Assembly (NCBI GenBank): GCA_944391575.1
Contig: CALXUC010000001.1
Span: forward strand, 12,841-76,840
From: an uncultured Clostridia bacterium
GTDB lineage: Bacteria > Bacillota > Clostridia > TANB77 > CAG-508
Reading direction: 5' to 3'
DNA: 64,000 nt
The position numbers and the translations under genes are program-made. How positions within the stretch are numbered: the stretch's first letter is position 1; each line of letters starts with the position of its first letter. Shown in pieces: positions 48,866-59,711 of this stretch. Below the pieces are notes generated by a model, which had not been told where the DNA came from, did not search any database, and saw nothing but the letters and a program-made list of their open reading frames with translations.

Positions 48866-51490
48866 CTAAATATTTACATATTTAATTGCTGCTTGTGCTG
48901 CTGCTAATCTTGCTATAGGTACTCTAAATGGTGAACAAGATACGTAATCCAAACCTGATCTATGGCAAAATTCTATAGATGCTGGATTTCCTCCATGTTC
49001 TCCGCATATTCCTAATTCTAAATCATGATTTTGTTCTCTACCGCACCATGATGCCATTTGTACTAATCTTCCTACTCCATCTTCATCTATTCTTTGGAAT
49101 GGATCTTGGTCGTATATTTTTTTACTATAATACGCATTTAAGAACTTACCTGCATCGTCACGGCTGAATCCAAATGTCATTTGTGTTAAGTCGTTCGTAC
49201 CAAATGAGAAGAAATCTACTTCTTTTGCTATCTCGCTAGCAAGTAATGCTGCTCTAGGAATTTCTATCATTGTTCCTATCATATATTTAAGTTCTTTGTT
49301 TCTTTCCTTAAATACTTCATTCACTTCATCTACAATTATCTTTTTAACGTATTTTAATTCTTTTACGTCTCCTATTAAAGGTATCATAATTTCTGGTACA
49401 ACTTTAATTCCTTCGTCTTGAACTGTAAGTGCAGCTTCTATTATAGCTCTTGTTTGCATTCTTGTTATTTCTGGATAAGTTACACTTAATCTACAACCAC
49501 GATGTCCCATCATTGGATTAAATTCATGTAAATCATTTATTGCGACTTTTAATTCGTCAAATTCCATTCCCATATCTTCAGCTAATTTCTTTATTTCCTC
49601 ATCTTCTTTTGGAACGAATTCATGTAAAGGTGGATCCAATAATCTTATAACTACAGGATAACCTTTCATAACTCTAAATAAACCTTCAAAATCGCCTTTT
49701 TGAATTGGTAATAATTTAGCTAAAGCTTTTTCTCTTTGTTCTAAAGTTTTAGAAAGTATCATTTCACGCATTGCAAATATTCTATCTGCTTCAAAAAACA
49801 TATGCTCTGTTCTACATAAACCAATACCTTCTGCACCGAATGCAAAGGCTTGTTTTGCATCTCTTGGAGTATCTGCATTTGTTCTTATTTTTAATTTTCT
49901 ATACTTGTCAGCCCATTCCATAATTGTTGCAAAATTTCCTGTTACACTTGCATCTACAGTTTTTATTTTTTCTCCGTATACATAACCAGTAGAACCATCT
50001 AAAGATATATAATCTCCTTCTTTATACTTATTTCCTTCAGCATCTGAGAAATATTTTTCTTCCTCATTAACAGTAATTTCTCCACAACCTGCAACGCAAC
50101 AAGTACCCATGCCTCTTGCAACAACTGCTGCGTGAGAAGTCATACCTCCTCTTACTGTTAATACACCTTTACAAATATTCATTCCCTCTATATCTTCTGG
50201 TGATGTTTCTAATCTTACTAAAACTAATTCTTTTTCACCAGCGTTATATAACTCTAATGCTCTTTCTGCTGTAAAAACTACTTTTCCGGTTGCTGCCCCT
50301 GGTGAAGCAGGTAAACCTGTAGCTATTTTTTTAGCTTGCTTTAAATTTTCTGCATCAAAATTTGGGTGTAATACTTGGTCTAATTGATTTGCATCTATTC
50401 TTAATAAAGCTTCTTTTTCATCTATTAATTTTTCTTCAACTAAATCAACTGCAATTTTTAAAGCCGCTGTAGCTGTTCTTTTACCACTTCTTGTTTGAAG
50501 AATAAATAATTTTCCATTTTCTATAGTAAACTCTAAATCTTGCATATCTTTAAAATATTTTTCTAATTTTATTGCATAAGTGCAAAAATCGTCATAAGCT
50601 TCTTTGTTAACTTTTTTCAAAGTTTCTATAGGTTGAGGTGTTCTAATACCTGCCACAACATCTTCGCCTTGTGCATTCATTAAATATTCACCAAATAATT
50701 TATTTTCACCTGTAGCAGGATTTCTTGTGAAAGCTACACCTGTTCCAGAAGTCTCGCCTAAATTTCCAAACACCATCTCTTGAACATTTACAGCAGTTCC
50801 CCAGTCTCCTGGTATATCGTTTAATTTCCTATATGTTATAGCTCGAGGATTATTCCAAGATCTAAACACAGCCTTAATTGCTTCCATTAATTGTGTATAT
50901 GGATCTTCTGGGAAATCTTCTCCTATTTTATCTTTATATATCTTTTTAAATTTTACTACTAATTCTTTTAAATCATCAGCTGTTAAATCTGTATCTAATT
51001 TAACTTGCCTATCAGCTTTCATTTTATCGATTTCTTCTTCAAATAAAGATTTATCAATTTCCATTACAACGTCGCTAAACATTTGTATAAATCTTCTATA
51101 ACTATCATAAGCAAATCTTTCATTATGATTTTTAAAATGTTCTAAAACTCTTTCATTTAAACCTAAGTTTAAAATAGTATCCATCATACCCGGCATAGAT
51201 GTTCTAGCTCCTGAACGTACAGATACTAAAAGAGGATTTTCTTTACTTCCAAATTTCTTACCTGTAATTTCTTCTAAATTTCTTAATGATGCAAATATTT
51301 CTTCTTGTATTTTTTGAGCAATTACTTCTCCATCTTCATAATATTTTATACAACCTTCTGTTGTAACTGTGAATCCTCTAGGAATTGGTAATCCTAAATT
51401 AGTCATTTCTGCTAAATTTGCGCCTTTTCCTCCTAGCAAATCTTTCATTTTTGCGTTTCCTTCACTAAACATATAAACGTATTTTCTCAT
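48866..51490 (-). CDS. ppdK: Pyruvate, phosphate dikinase
   Basis: 874 aa; PEP-utilising enzyme mobile domain with catalytic His (GGMTSHAAVVARGMG); PPDK N- and C-terminal domains. Confidence 0.9.
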   Translation of the reverse strand: MRKYVYMFSEGNAKMKDLLGGKGANLAEMTNLGLPIPRGFTVTTEGCIKYYEDGEVIAQKIQEEIFASLRNLEEITGKKFGSKENPLLVSVRSGARTSMPGMMDTILNLGLNERVLEHFKNHNERFAYDSYRRFIQMFSDVVMEIDKSLFEEEIDKMKADRQVKLDTDLTADDLKELVVKFKKIYKDKIGEDFPEDPYTQLMEAIKAVFRSWNNPRAITYRKLNDIPGDWGTAVNVQEMVFGNLGETSGTGVAFTRNPATGENKLFGEYLMNAQGEDVVAGIRTPQPIETLKKVNKEAYDDFCTYAIKLEKYFKDMQDLEFTIENGKLFILQTRSGKRTATAALKIAVDLVEEKLIDEKEALLRIDANQLDQVLHPNFDAENLKQAKKIATGLPASPGAATGKVVFTAERALELYNAGEKELVLVRLETSPEDIEGMNICKGVLTVRGGMTSHAAVVARGMGTCCVAGCGEITVNEEEKYFSDAEGNKYKEGDYISLDGSTGYVYGEKIKTVDASVTGNFATIMEWADKYRKLKIRTNADTPRDAKQAFAFGAEGIGLCRTEHMFFEADRIFAMREMILSKTLEQREKALAKLLPIQKGDFEGLFRVMKGYPVVIRLLDPPLHEFVPKEDEEIKKLAEDMGMEFDELKVAINDLHEFNPMMGHRGCRLSVTYPEITRMQTRAIIEAALTVQDEGIKVVPEIMIPLIGDVKELKYVKKIIVDEVNEVFKERNKELKYMIGTMIEIPRAALLASEIAKEVDFFSFGTNDLTQMTFGFSRDDAGKFLNAYYSKKIYDQDPFQRIDEDGVGRLVQMASWCGREQNHDLELGICGEHGGNPASIEFCHRSGLDYVSCSPFRVPIARLAAAQAAIKYVNI

Positions 51491-51709
51491 ATATTATTGT
51501 ACCTCCAAATTTTTATTTTTTTGTTTTTTTTATTATTATGTCCTGTTGTGAATTTTTTATTAATTTTTTGTTTTTTAAAACCTAGTTTAGTATATAATAT
51601 TTTTTACAAAATGTCTAGTGATTTTTTTATTTTTTGTTGATTATTTTGTTGATTATTTTATATTCTTTCATAGTTTTACTGTATATTTTTAAAACTATTA
51701 TATACAAGG

Positions 51710-52393
51710 TTAAGAACACTTTTCTATTTCTTCCTTTGTTAATCCTGTTGCGTTCATTATAATTTGCATATTAACTTTTTGTTTTAATAAATTTTTAGCA
51801 ATTTCTCTTTCTTTTAAAGTCATACCTTCAATTCGACCTTCTGCTTTACCCTCTGCTAAGCCTTGAGCTTTACCTTCTTCTATCCCTTTTTCTTTTGCGT
51901 ATTTTTCATTTGCTTTTATATCCATTTCTGCCATTTGTCTTCTAAATGAAGTTTCTACCACTTCTGGTATACTTGAAAGTTCCTCATACTGTCTTATTGC
52001 TTCTTCTAAATTAAAATTCTTTTTGGCCGCCATATCTCTCACCCCTTTATTTTTATTACTTAAAAATATACACCATTCATCTAATTTACTTAAATAATAT
52101 AATACTCTTTTATCATAATAAGAATATTTATCATTTTGCATTTCTATATCTACTATTTTTTCATCTTCTAACTCTGCTTTTACATCTATTATTGCTCTTT
52201 TTTCACGTATATTTTCTACATCTAATTCTTCATTTTTATGAATTTTTTTTACTTTAACTTTTTCGCCTAATATACTTTCTAAAAAGTCTTCTAATATACT
52301 TTCATTACCTTCTTTCCAAATATATTTCTAAATATTAAATCTGTTCTTGGTGTAATTTCTACTTCTTTATTACTACTATCAGTATTGCTCATG
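51710..52393 (-). pseudogene. Rpn-family recombination-promoting nuclease / putative transposase (PD-(D/E)XK), frameshifted
   Basis: N-terminal TDLIFRNIFGKEG...LEDFLESILG (in a different frame upstream of 52141) and C-terminal EGKAQGLAEGKAEGRIEG repeats typical of Rpn/YhgA-like proteins; frameshift near 52320. Confidence 0.55.
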
Positions 52394-52672
52394 TTCCTCC
52401 TTCTATTACTAACTTTATTCTAACATACTTTTACTCAATAGTCAATACAGTTTACTTTAAAATTAATTAATCTTATATTTTTTTATCTTAAAAACTGTAC
52501 TTGGTAACTTTTTTGTATTATTAACCACCTGAATTGTAACTTCTTATGAGAGTTTGTCAAGATTTTCTTTTAAAGTATTTACAATTACAAAAAAAAATGT
52601 TAAAATCTATACATCAATAAAACAAACTTCACTTCAAAATTAAATATTTTTAATTTAATGAGGTGATTTTAT

Positions 52673-53269
52673 ATGGCAAAGTTATTTAAATATTCTTTAA
52701 CTTCCACTATTACATTTATACTGGTAATTATCATTTTTTTCGTTCCTATTTTAGCTAATGGAAATATTGATTTTTCTAATACTATAAGTAATCAAGATAA
52801 AGAATTTATAGATAATAATTCTAGTAAAATTTTTTCTTGGCCTACACCTGGGTATACAACTATAACTTGTAATTTTGGATATAGAAAAGCTCCCACTCAA
52901 GGAGCCTCTACTTATCATGGGGCTATAGATATTGGCGCACCTACAGATAGCAAAATTATTGCTACATTTTCTGGTAAAATTGTTTATACTGGTTTTTACG
53001 GTGCTAATGGATTTACAATTATGTTGCAAAATAGTAATGTAGTTGCTGTTTATTCACATTTATCTCCAGATTTTATTGTAAGAGAAGGTGAATATGTATT
53101 AAAGAATCAAGTTATAGGAAAAGTAGGTCCTAAAAATGTATATGGTGTTCCTAATAATAAGTACAAGGATTCTAACGGTAATCCTACAAATGGTGCTACT
53201 ACTGGTCCACATCTACATTTTGCTATAAAAATAGATAATGTGGCTGTAAATCCTTTGGATTATGTGTAG
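52673..53269 (+). CDS. M23 family metallopeptidase (LytM-like)
   Basis: HxxxD (YHGAID) and HLHF motifs; N-terminal signal/TM. Confidence 0.8.
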   Translation: MAKLFKYSLTSTITFILVIIIFFVPILANGNIDFSNTISNQDKEFIDNNSSKIFSWPTPGYTTITCNFGYRKAPTQGASTYHGAIDIGAPTDSKIIATFSGKIVYTGFYGANGFTIMLQNSNVVAVYSHLSPDFIVREGEYVLKNQVIGKVGPKNVYGVPNNKYKDSNGNPTNGATTGPHLHFAIKIDNVAVNPLDYV

Positions 53270-53323
53270 AATTTTAAATAATCAGAAACAACAGATGTGT
53301 TTCAGTTTTTCATTTAATTTGAA

Positions 53324-53440
53324 ACAACTCAGCAGATGTTTAAATAAAAGCTTGATATATAGCTATTATGAAGCTCAAGACCCGGATTGTGTCGCTCTAG
53401 CTATGTTTTGACTAAAAATAGCTATATATCAAGCTTTAGG
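53324..53440. repeat. Full copy of MITE-like element (family 1), opposite orientation
   Basis: gaaacaactcagcagatgtttaaataaaagcttgatatatagctattatgaagctcaagacccggattgtgtcgctctagctatgttttgactaaaaatagctatatatcaagcttt. Confidence 0.8.
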
Positions 53441-53462
53441 AAGTATATTCTAATTTGTTACT

Positions 53463-53729
53463 TTAATTTAACTTATTCGTTCTCTCATAGCAGTCACGAA
53501 TTATTTCGTCTTTTTCCGTTTCAGTTAAATCTCTTTTTAATTCTTTTATTCTTTTATATATAATAGCACTAGAATTATCAAGAGCTATTTTTAGTTTTTT
53601 AGAAACAAATCTTTCGCCGTTTATAACTGCTTTTTCTCTTGAGCTTTCGTAAAAATATACGGCAACTGCTATTCCTAAAATTAAACCTAATATAAAATAT
53701 ATAACTTCTGATTCCATAAAAAATTTCAT
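53463..53729 (-). CDS. Small hypothetical protein with an N-terminal TM helix
   Basis: ORF and hydrophobic N-terminus only. Confidence 0.35.
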   Translation of the reverse strand: MKFFMESEVIYFILGLILGIAVAVYFYESSREKAVINGERFVSKKLKIALDNSSAIIYKRIKELKRDLTETEKDEIIRDCYERTNKLN

Positions 53730-53885
53730 TCCTTTCTCACTTCATTCTAAAGGTACATATAGTTATGAAAGTTTTTTCTTTCAAACTATTCCTCCAATTA
53801 ATTTTTTTGATTAAAAATCGCCAATATGATTTTTAAAATGAATACATACTAAATTGTTATATTTTATTAAACTTGTTATGTTTTA

Positions 53886-55754
53886 TTAAAATTCTTCTGC
53901 TTCCTCAAATTGGCTATTATATAATCTTGCATAACTTCCATTTTTAGCTAATAGTTCTTTATGAGTTCCTTGTTCTACTATGTCTCCATGTTCTAATACA
54001 AGTATTAAATCTGCTTCTCTTATTGTAGATAATCTATGTGCTATTATAAAGCTTGTTCTACCTTCCATAAGAACTTCCATAGCTTTTTGTATTTGGATTT
54101 CTGTTCTTGTATCTACAGATGATGTTGCTTCGTCTAATATTAATATTTTAGGGTCTGCAAGTAATGCTCTTGCTATTGTTAATAATTGTTTTTCACCTTG
54201 AGATACATTTGAAGATTCTTCATCTAGCATCATATTATATCCATTTGGCAATGTATTTATAAAGTGGTCTGCTTGTGCTGCTTTTGCAGCTTTTATGACT
54301 TCTTCGTCTGTTGCATCTAATTTACCATATCTAATATTTTCCATTATAGTTCCATTAAATGTCCATGTATCTTGTAAAACCATTGCAAATAATGAACGTA
54401 ATTCATCTCTTTTAAAGTTTCTAATATCTTTACCATCTACTTTTATACTACCTGAATTTACATCGTAATATCTCATTAAAAGTTTTACTATTGTTGTTTT
54501 ACCTGCACCTGTTGGTCCAACAATGGCAATTTTTTGTCCCTCTTTTATATTTGCATTGAAGTCATTTATTATAATAGTGTCTGGGTTATATCCAAAACGT
54601 ACGTGTTCAAATTCTATATTACCTTTTATGCCTTTAATACTTTCTGGATTTTCTACATCTTTAATTTCTTCTTTTTCATTTAATAAGTCAAATATTCTTT
54701 CTGCTGCTGCTATAGTCACTTGGAAAACATTTGTAATATTTGCTAATTGGTCTATAGGTTGATTAAATGATCTCATATATTGCACAAAACTTTGTATATT
54801 ACCAACTGTTATAACTCCTCTTGTAGCATACATAGCACCTACTATACATATTGCAACATATCCCATATTTCCAATAAACATAGTAAATGGTCTCATTAAT
54901 CCTGATAAAAATTGTGATTTCCATGCGGCTCTATATAACTTATTATTGTATATATCAAAATCTTCTACAGATTTTTCTTCACCATTAAATGCCTTTATTA
55001 TAGTATGATTACTGTACATTTCCTCTATATGGCCATTTACATGACCTAAATTAGATTGTTGTTTTGCGAAATATCCTTGTGATTTTCTCATTAATAATAC
55101 CATTGAAACCATTGAAAGTACTAAAACAGCAATAGCTATAAAGGTCATTGAAACTGATATAGAAAGCATCATTATTAAAATACCTAAAAGCATTGTAACA
55201 GAAGTAATAACTTGTGTTATAAGTTGATATAAGTTTTCTGATAATTTATCTATATCGTTTGTAATATATGATAAAACTTCACCTTTATTTTTTTTATCAA
55301 AATATGATAATGGTAATCTGTTTATCTTTTCTGAAATTTCTTTTCTTAAATTATACGTTATCAACATACTTACTTTAGACATTAGATAACCTTGGCCATA
55401 AGAAAATAATGCACTTATTCCATATAGTATTAATAATGTTATAATAATATTTCTAATAGCATCAAAATCCATCCCCAAACCGTTTGCTGAAATAATATTC
55501 ATAACACCTTCATATATTACAGTTGTAGCATCACCTAAAATTTTAGGTCCTAATATACTAAATACTGTAGATACTATTGAAAAAATAATTACTATAGCTA
55601 TCATAATTTTATATTTTGATATATACTTTAATAATCTTTTAATAGTTCCTTTAAAATCTTTGGCTTTTTCAACTTTTGCCTTTTTTCCTGGTCCGCCACC
55701 CATCATAGGGAAATCATTATCATTATTGTTTTCTGTTTCTTTTTTATTGCTCAT
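53886..55754 (-). CDS. ABC transporter permease/ATP-binding protein (type I exporter, heterodimer subunit)
   Basis: 6 TM helices then an NBD with Walker A (GPTGAGKTT), signature (VSQGEKQLLTIARA) and Walker B (ILILDEATS). Confidence 0.85.
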   Translation of the reverse strand: MSNKKETENNNDNDFPMMGGGPGKKAKVEKAKDFKGTIKRLLKYISKYKIMIAIVIIFSIVSTVFSILGPKILGDATTVIYEGVMNIISANGLGMDFDAIRNIIITLLILYGISALFSYGQGYLMSKVSMLITYNLRKEISEKINRLPLSYFDKKNKGEVLSYITNDIDKLSENLYQLITQVITSVTMLLGILIMMLSISVSMTFIAIAVLVLSMVSMVLLMRKSQGYFAKQQSNLGHVNGHIEEMYSNHTIIKAFNGEEKSVEDFDIYNNKLYRAAWKSQFLSGLMRPFTMFIGNMGYVAICIVGAMYATRGVITVGNIQSFVQYMRSFNQPIDQLANITNVFQVTIAAAERIFDLLNEKEEIKDVENPESIKGIKGNIEFEHVRFGYNPDTIIINDFNANIKEGQKIAIVGPTGAGKTTIVKLLMRYYDVNSGSIKVDGKDIRNFKRDELRSLFAMVLQDTWTFNGTIMENIRYGKLDATDEEVIKAAKAAQADHFINTLPNGYNMMLDEESSNVSQGEKQLLTIARALLADPKILILDEATSSVDTRTEIQIQKAMEVLMEGRTSFIIAHRLSTIREADLILVLEHGDIVEQGTHKELLAKNGSYARLYNSQFEEAEEF

Positions 55755-57987
55755 TTTCTTCCCCTCCTAATTGTGAGTCTGCTATTTCTTTATATGTTTT
55801 ACAATTTTTCATAAGTTCTTCGTGAGTACCTTTTCCTACAATTTTACCTTCTTCTAATACTATAATTTGCTCTGCGTCTATAATTGTATTTATTCTTTGT
55901 GCTACTATTATTTTAGTTACATCTTTAAAATTTTCTTTTAAGGCAGTTCTTAAATTTAAATCTGTTTTAAAATCTAATGCAGAAAAACTATCGTCAAAAA
56001 GATAAATTGGTGCTCCTTTTACTAAAGCTCTTGCTATAGATAACCTTTGCTTTTGACCGCCAGAAATATTAGTACCTGCTTGTGATATTAAGTCTTGGTA
56101 TTTATTTTCCTTTTCTTCTATAAAATCTTTAGCTTGTGCAATTTCAACACATTTTTCTACAGTTTCCATAGAAGCATCTTTCTTACCGTATTTTAAATTA
56201 GACTCTATTGTTCCAGATAATAAACTTGGCTTTTGAGGTATATATGCTATTGTCTCATGTAAATCATATAAGTTTACATCTTTAATATTTACACCATTTA
56301 CTAAAATTTCTCCCCCTGTTACATCGTAAAATCTTGGTACTAATTTTAAAATAGTAGTTTTACCAGAGCCTGTTGAGCCAATAATAGCAGTAGTTTCTCC
56401 CGGTTTTGCCACAAAGCTAATATTTTGTAATATATCTTCATCTGCATCATCATATCTAAAAGATACATTCTTGAATTCTACATACCCCATTTTATTTTTA
56501 TCAAATTCTTTTGGTTCAGCTGGGTCTTTTATATCAATTTCCATATTTAAAACTTCTGATATTCTATTAATTGAAACTAATGCTCTTGGGAACATTATAA
56601 ACAACATAGAAATCATCAAGAATGACATCATAACTTGCATTGTGTATTGTATTGCAGCCATCATATTACCTACTTGTAAGCTTGATTCTGCTATCTTATC
56701 TGCTCCTACCCATACTATTAAAAGTGTTAATAAATTCATAATAATAGTCATTGCAGGCATCATAAACGCCATAACTTTATCTATAAAGAACATTGTATTT
56801 GCTAATTCAAAATTTGCTTTGTCGAAACGTTTTTCTTCATATTTTTGTGTTCCAAATGCTCTTATAACCATTATTCCATTTAATGTTTCTCTTGAAATAA
56901 GATTTAATTTATCTATTAAGTTTTGGAAAATCTTAAATTTAGGCATACTTATTAATAACATAATAATTATTAATACTAAAATCAATCCAAAACCTAAGGC
57001 TAAAATCCATAACATTGAACTTGCAGTTCTAGTTATCATAATAATGGCACCTACCATCATTATTACAGCAAAAAGTACTATTCTAAGAAACATAAATATT
57101 AAATTTTGAACTTGCATAACGTCATTAGTAGTTCTAGTTATTAAAGAAGAGGCTCCTATTTTCTTAAATTCTTTTTCTGAAAATCTTTGTACCTTCTCAA
57201 ATATATCTTTTCTTAAATTTCTAGCAACACCTGCTGATAATTTAGCAGCTATATAACCTACTGCAATAGAAGCAACAATTATAACTAAAGTAGTTGCAAT
57301 CATTATTGCTCCCATCTTAAACATATAATCAGTTTGTATATCTTCTAACTCTAATCCTACTTCTGAATAAAAAGCGCTTGTAAATGCTAAAGCCACTTGT
57401 GAAAGCATAGTTTCTTCCATATTTTTAGCATTTTCTATAGAAGTTTCTAACAATTCTGGTGTCATAGAATTTAAAAGTAATGGCATCACTTGATTTAACT
57501 GACTAAAATTAAATCCTGCATTACTATTTCCTTCTTCGCTACCTTCCATTGGTAAATCTACTTGAGAAATTATATCTACTACTACTCTATCTGTAACCAT
57601 AAAAATATTATCTAATTGAGCCATTATTTCTTCATTATCAATAATATTTTCATCTAATATGTATATATTGCTATCTTTTAATAATGGATATTCTTCTACA
57701 TATTTTTCTGTACTTTCATCATTTGAAGAAGATGTTAACAATATATAATTCTCTTCTACTACTTCTCTATCTTCTTCTGTCATAAAATTCTTTAATAAAT
57801 TTAAAGAAGTTTCACTTATAGCTTTAGGAGTAGCATCTTCTATACCACTAGATTGAATTCCTATATTTACTATATCGGCCATATAATCTGGCAATCTTAA
57901 ATTTCCCATAGCTTGTATATATATTAATATTATTGTAGCTATTATTAATATAATATATGGCTTTAAATACTTTAAAATCCTTTTCAT
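55744..57987 (-). CDS. ABC transporter permease/ATP-binding protein (type I exporter, heterodimer subunit with a long extracytoplasmic insert)
   Basis: TMD then NBD: Walker A (GSTGSGKTT), signature (ISGGQKQRLSIARA), Walker B (IYLFDDSFSALD); overlaps the partner gene by 11 bp. Confidence 0.85.
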   Translation of the reverse strand: MKRILKYLKPYIILIIATIILIYIQAMGNLRLPDYMADIVNIGIQSSGIEDATPKAISETSLNLLKNFMTEEDREVVEENYILLTSSSNDESTEKYVEEYPLLKDSNIYILDENIIDNEEIMAQLDNIFMVTDRVVVDIISQVDLPMEGSEEGNSNAGFNFSQLNQVMPLLLNSMTPELLETSIENAKNMEETMLSQVALAFTSAFYSEVGLELEDIQTDYMFKMGAIMIATTLVIIVASIAVGYIAAKLSAGVARNLRKDIFEKVQRFSEKEFKKIGASSLITRTTNDVMQVQNLIFMFLRIVLFAVIMMVGAIIMITRTASSMLWILALGFGLILVLIIIMLLISMPKFKIFQNLIDKLNLISRETLNGIMVIRAFGTQKYEEKRFDKANFELANTMFFIDKVMAFMMPAMTIIMNLLTLLIVWVGADKIAESSLQVGNMMAAIQYTMQVMMSFLMISMLFIMFPRALVSINRISEVLNMEIDIKDPAEPKEFDKNKMGYVEFKNVSFRYDDADEDILQNISFVAKPGETTAIIGSTGSGKTTILKLVPRFYDVTGGEILVNGVNIKDVNLYDLHETIAYIPQKPSLLSGTIESNLKYGKKDASMETVEKCVEIAQAKDFIEEKENKYQDLISQAGTNISGGQKQRLSIARALVKGAPIYLFDDSFSALDFKTDLNLRTALKENFKDVTKIIVAQRINTIIDAEQIIVLEEGKIVGKGTHEELMKNCKTYKEIADSQLGGEENEQ

Positions 57988-58100
57988 GAATCTATTCCCT
58001 TTCTATATAATCTTACTAAACAAGATTTAGATATTATACCATATTTTTTTTCTTCTATCAATAATTGATAGAACGAATTTACAAACAATTTACAAAAGGT

Positions 58101-58246
58101 TACAATTCAGCAGGCCTTTAAATAAAAACTTGATATATAGCTATTTGCAAGTCAAGACCCGGATTGTGGCGCCCTAGCTATGTTTTGACTAAAAATAGCT
58201 ATATATCAAGTTTTTATAAAATCTTTACTGAACTATAGCACAAAAA
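58101..58246. repeat. Full copy of MITE-like element (family 1) with tail motif
   Basis: acaattcagcaggcctttaaataaaaacttgatatatagctatttgcaagtcaagacccggattgtggcgccctagctatgttttgactaaaaatagctatatatcaagtttttataaaatctttactgaactatag. Confidence 0.8.
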
Positions 58247-58272
58247 CGGCAGTAATTATACTGCCGCTTTAG
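58247..58272. terminator. Terminator hairpin
   Basis: aaaacggcagtaattatactgccgcttt. Confidence 0.5.
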
Positions 58273-58419
58273 AAAGAAATAATACGAGAGCTTTAAGCTC
58301 TATAAAAGCCACATCCCTAGCCATGCAACAAAGAAAAAGAATAAAACTGAAAAAAACGTTTTTGCACCCTCAAGAGCAAGTAACTTTATATCCGTATCTT
58401 CTCTCATTTCTCTCTCCCC

Positions 58420-58650
58420 TTATCTTAATGATATAAAAATAGATACTATTGCTGGGATGATAAATACTGCTGCTAATGTATAGCCGATTGTTTTAACGAC
58501 TAAAAGACTTCTGCCACTCTTTAAATCATTTGGAATATTCCTAGTTGTAATAGTGAGCAATAGCCCTATTGTCATCCAGGTAAAACCAAAAATCGGCATA
58601 CGGATTAACCGCATTATCAAATCCAACATGGAAATATAATCATTTGCCAT
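58420..58650 (-). CDS. Small membrane protein (76 aa), hypothetical
   Basis: AGGGGGAAG RBS; two predicted TM helices. Confidence 0.35.
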   Translation of the reverse strand: MANDYISMLDLIMRLIRMPIFGFTWMTIGLLLTITTRNIPNDLKSGRSLLVVKTIGYTLAAVFIIPAIVSIFISLR

Positions 58651-58750
58651 CTTCCCCCTCCAGGGTTAAAGATTAAAAAGGAGAAAAAATAATAAAATAT
58701 TATAATTTAATTTTAACACTTATTTGTATTTATGTCAAATTTGTATTTTT

Positions 58751-58788
58751 ATATCAAGTTTTTATAAAATTTTACTGAACTATAACCA
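58751..58788. repeat. Partial copy (tail motif only) of the family-1 element
   Basis: atatcaagtttttataaaattttactgaactataacc matches the right end of the copy at 58101-58246. Confidence 0.55.
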
Positions 58789-58803
58789 TGTAAAAGCATG
58801 ACA

Positions 58804-59655
58804 TTACGCAGCCAATATTCCAAAAGCTCCACATAATATAACAATTATACCTAAAATAATCCTATAGTAACCAAATACTTTAAAGTCATGCTTTTTAACA
58901 AAGTTAACTAAGAATTTAATAGAAAGCATTGATACAATAAATGCTGTTACCATACCTACTACTAAAGTTATAACTTCTGTATTTGTAAAGCCCCAACCAA
59001 CTTCCATAAAGTATTTTAAAAGTTTTAAAAGCGATGCACCTAACATTACAGGTATTGCTAAGAAAAATGTAAATTCTGTTGCAGCTATTCTAGAAGCTCC
59101 TAAAAGCATTGCTCCTAATATTGTTGCTCCTGAACGCGATGTTCCTGGTATTAATGATAATACTTGTGCTAATCCTATTAAAAATGCAGTTGTAAATGTA
59201 ATATCTGTTACTGTTTTTATTGTACTTTCTTTATTCTTTTTCTTATTCCAAATCTCTATTAAGACAAAGAAAATACCATATATAATTAATGTAACAGCTA
59301 CTGTTTGCCAATTATAAAATATCTCATTTAACTCATCATCAAATAATAAACCTATAATAGCCGCTGGTATACAAGCTAAAATTACCTTTGCTATTAAAAG
59401 CCAAGTATCCTTTTTTTCTTCTTTATTTTTCTTAGAAGAAAAAGGATTTAATTTATTGAAAAACGTTACTGCCACTGCCAAAATAGCACCTAGTTGTATT
59501 ACAACTAAAAACATCTCTTTAAAGGCATCTGTTACATTTAATTTAACAAATGCGTCAACTAAAATCATATGACCAGTACTACTTATTGGCAACCATTCCG
59601 TTATTCCTTCTACTATTCCTAAAAAGATTACTTTTATTAACTCTACTATGTCCAT
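58804..59655 (-). CDS. uppP: Undecaprenyl-diphosphate phosphatase
   Basis: BacA/UppP motifs ([13 protein letters not shown]; [10 protein letters not shown]), 283 aa, 8 TM helices. Confidence 0.85.
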   Translation of the reverse strand: MDIVELIKVIFLGIVEGITEWLPISSTGHMILVDAFVKLNVTDAFKEMFLVVIQLGAILAVAVTFFNKLNPFSSKKNKEEKKDTWLLIAKVILACIPAAIIGLLFDDELNEIFYNWQTVAVTLIIYGIFFVLIEIWNKKKNKESTIKTVTDITFTTAFLIGLAQVLSLIPGTSRSGATILGAMLLGASRIAATEFTFFLAIPVMLGASLLKLLKYFMEVGWGFTNTEVITLVVGMVTAFIVSMLSIKFLVNFVKKHDFKVFGYYRIILGIIVILCGAFGILAA

Positions 59656-59711
59656 CCTAATATAATTCCTTCCTATAAACCATATATACGTTTGTTCTTA
59701 TTATTTATTAC

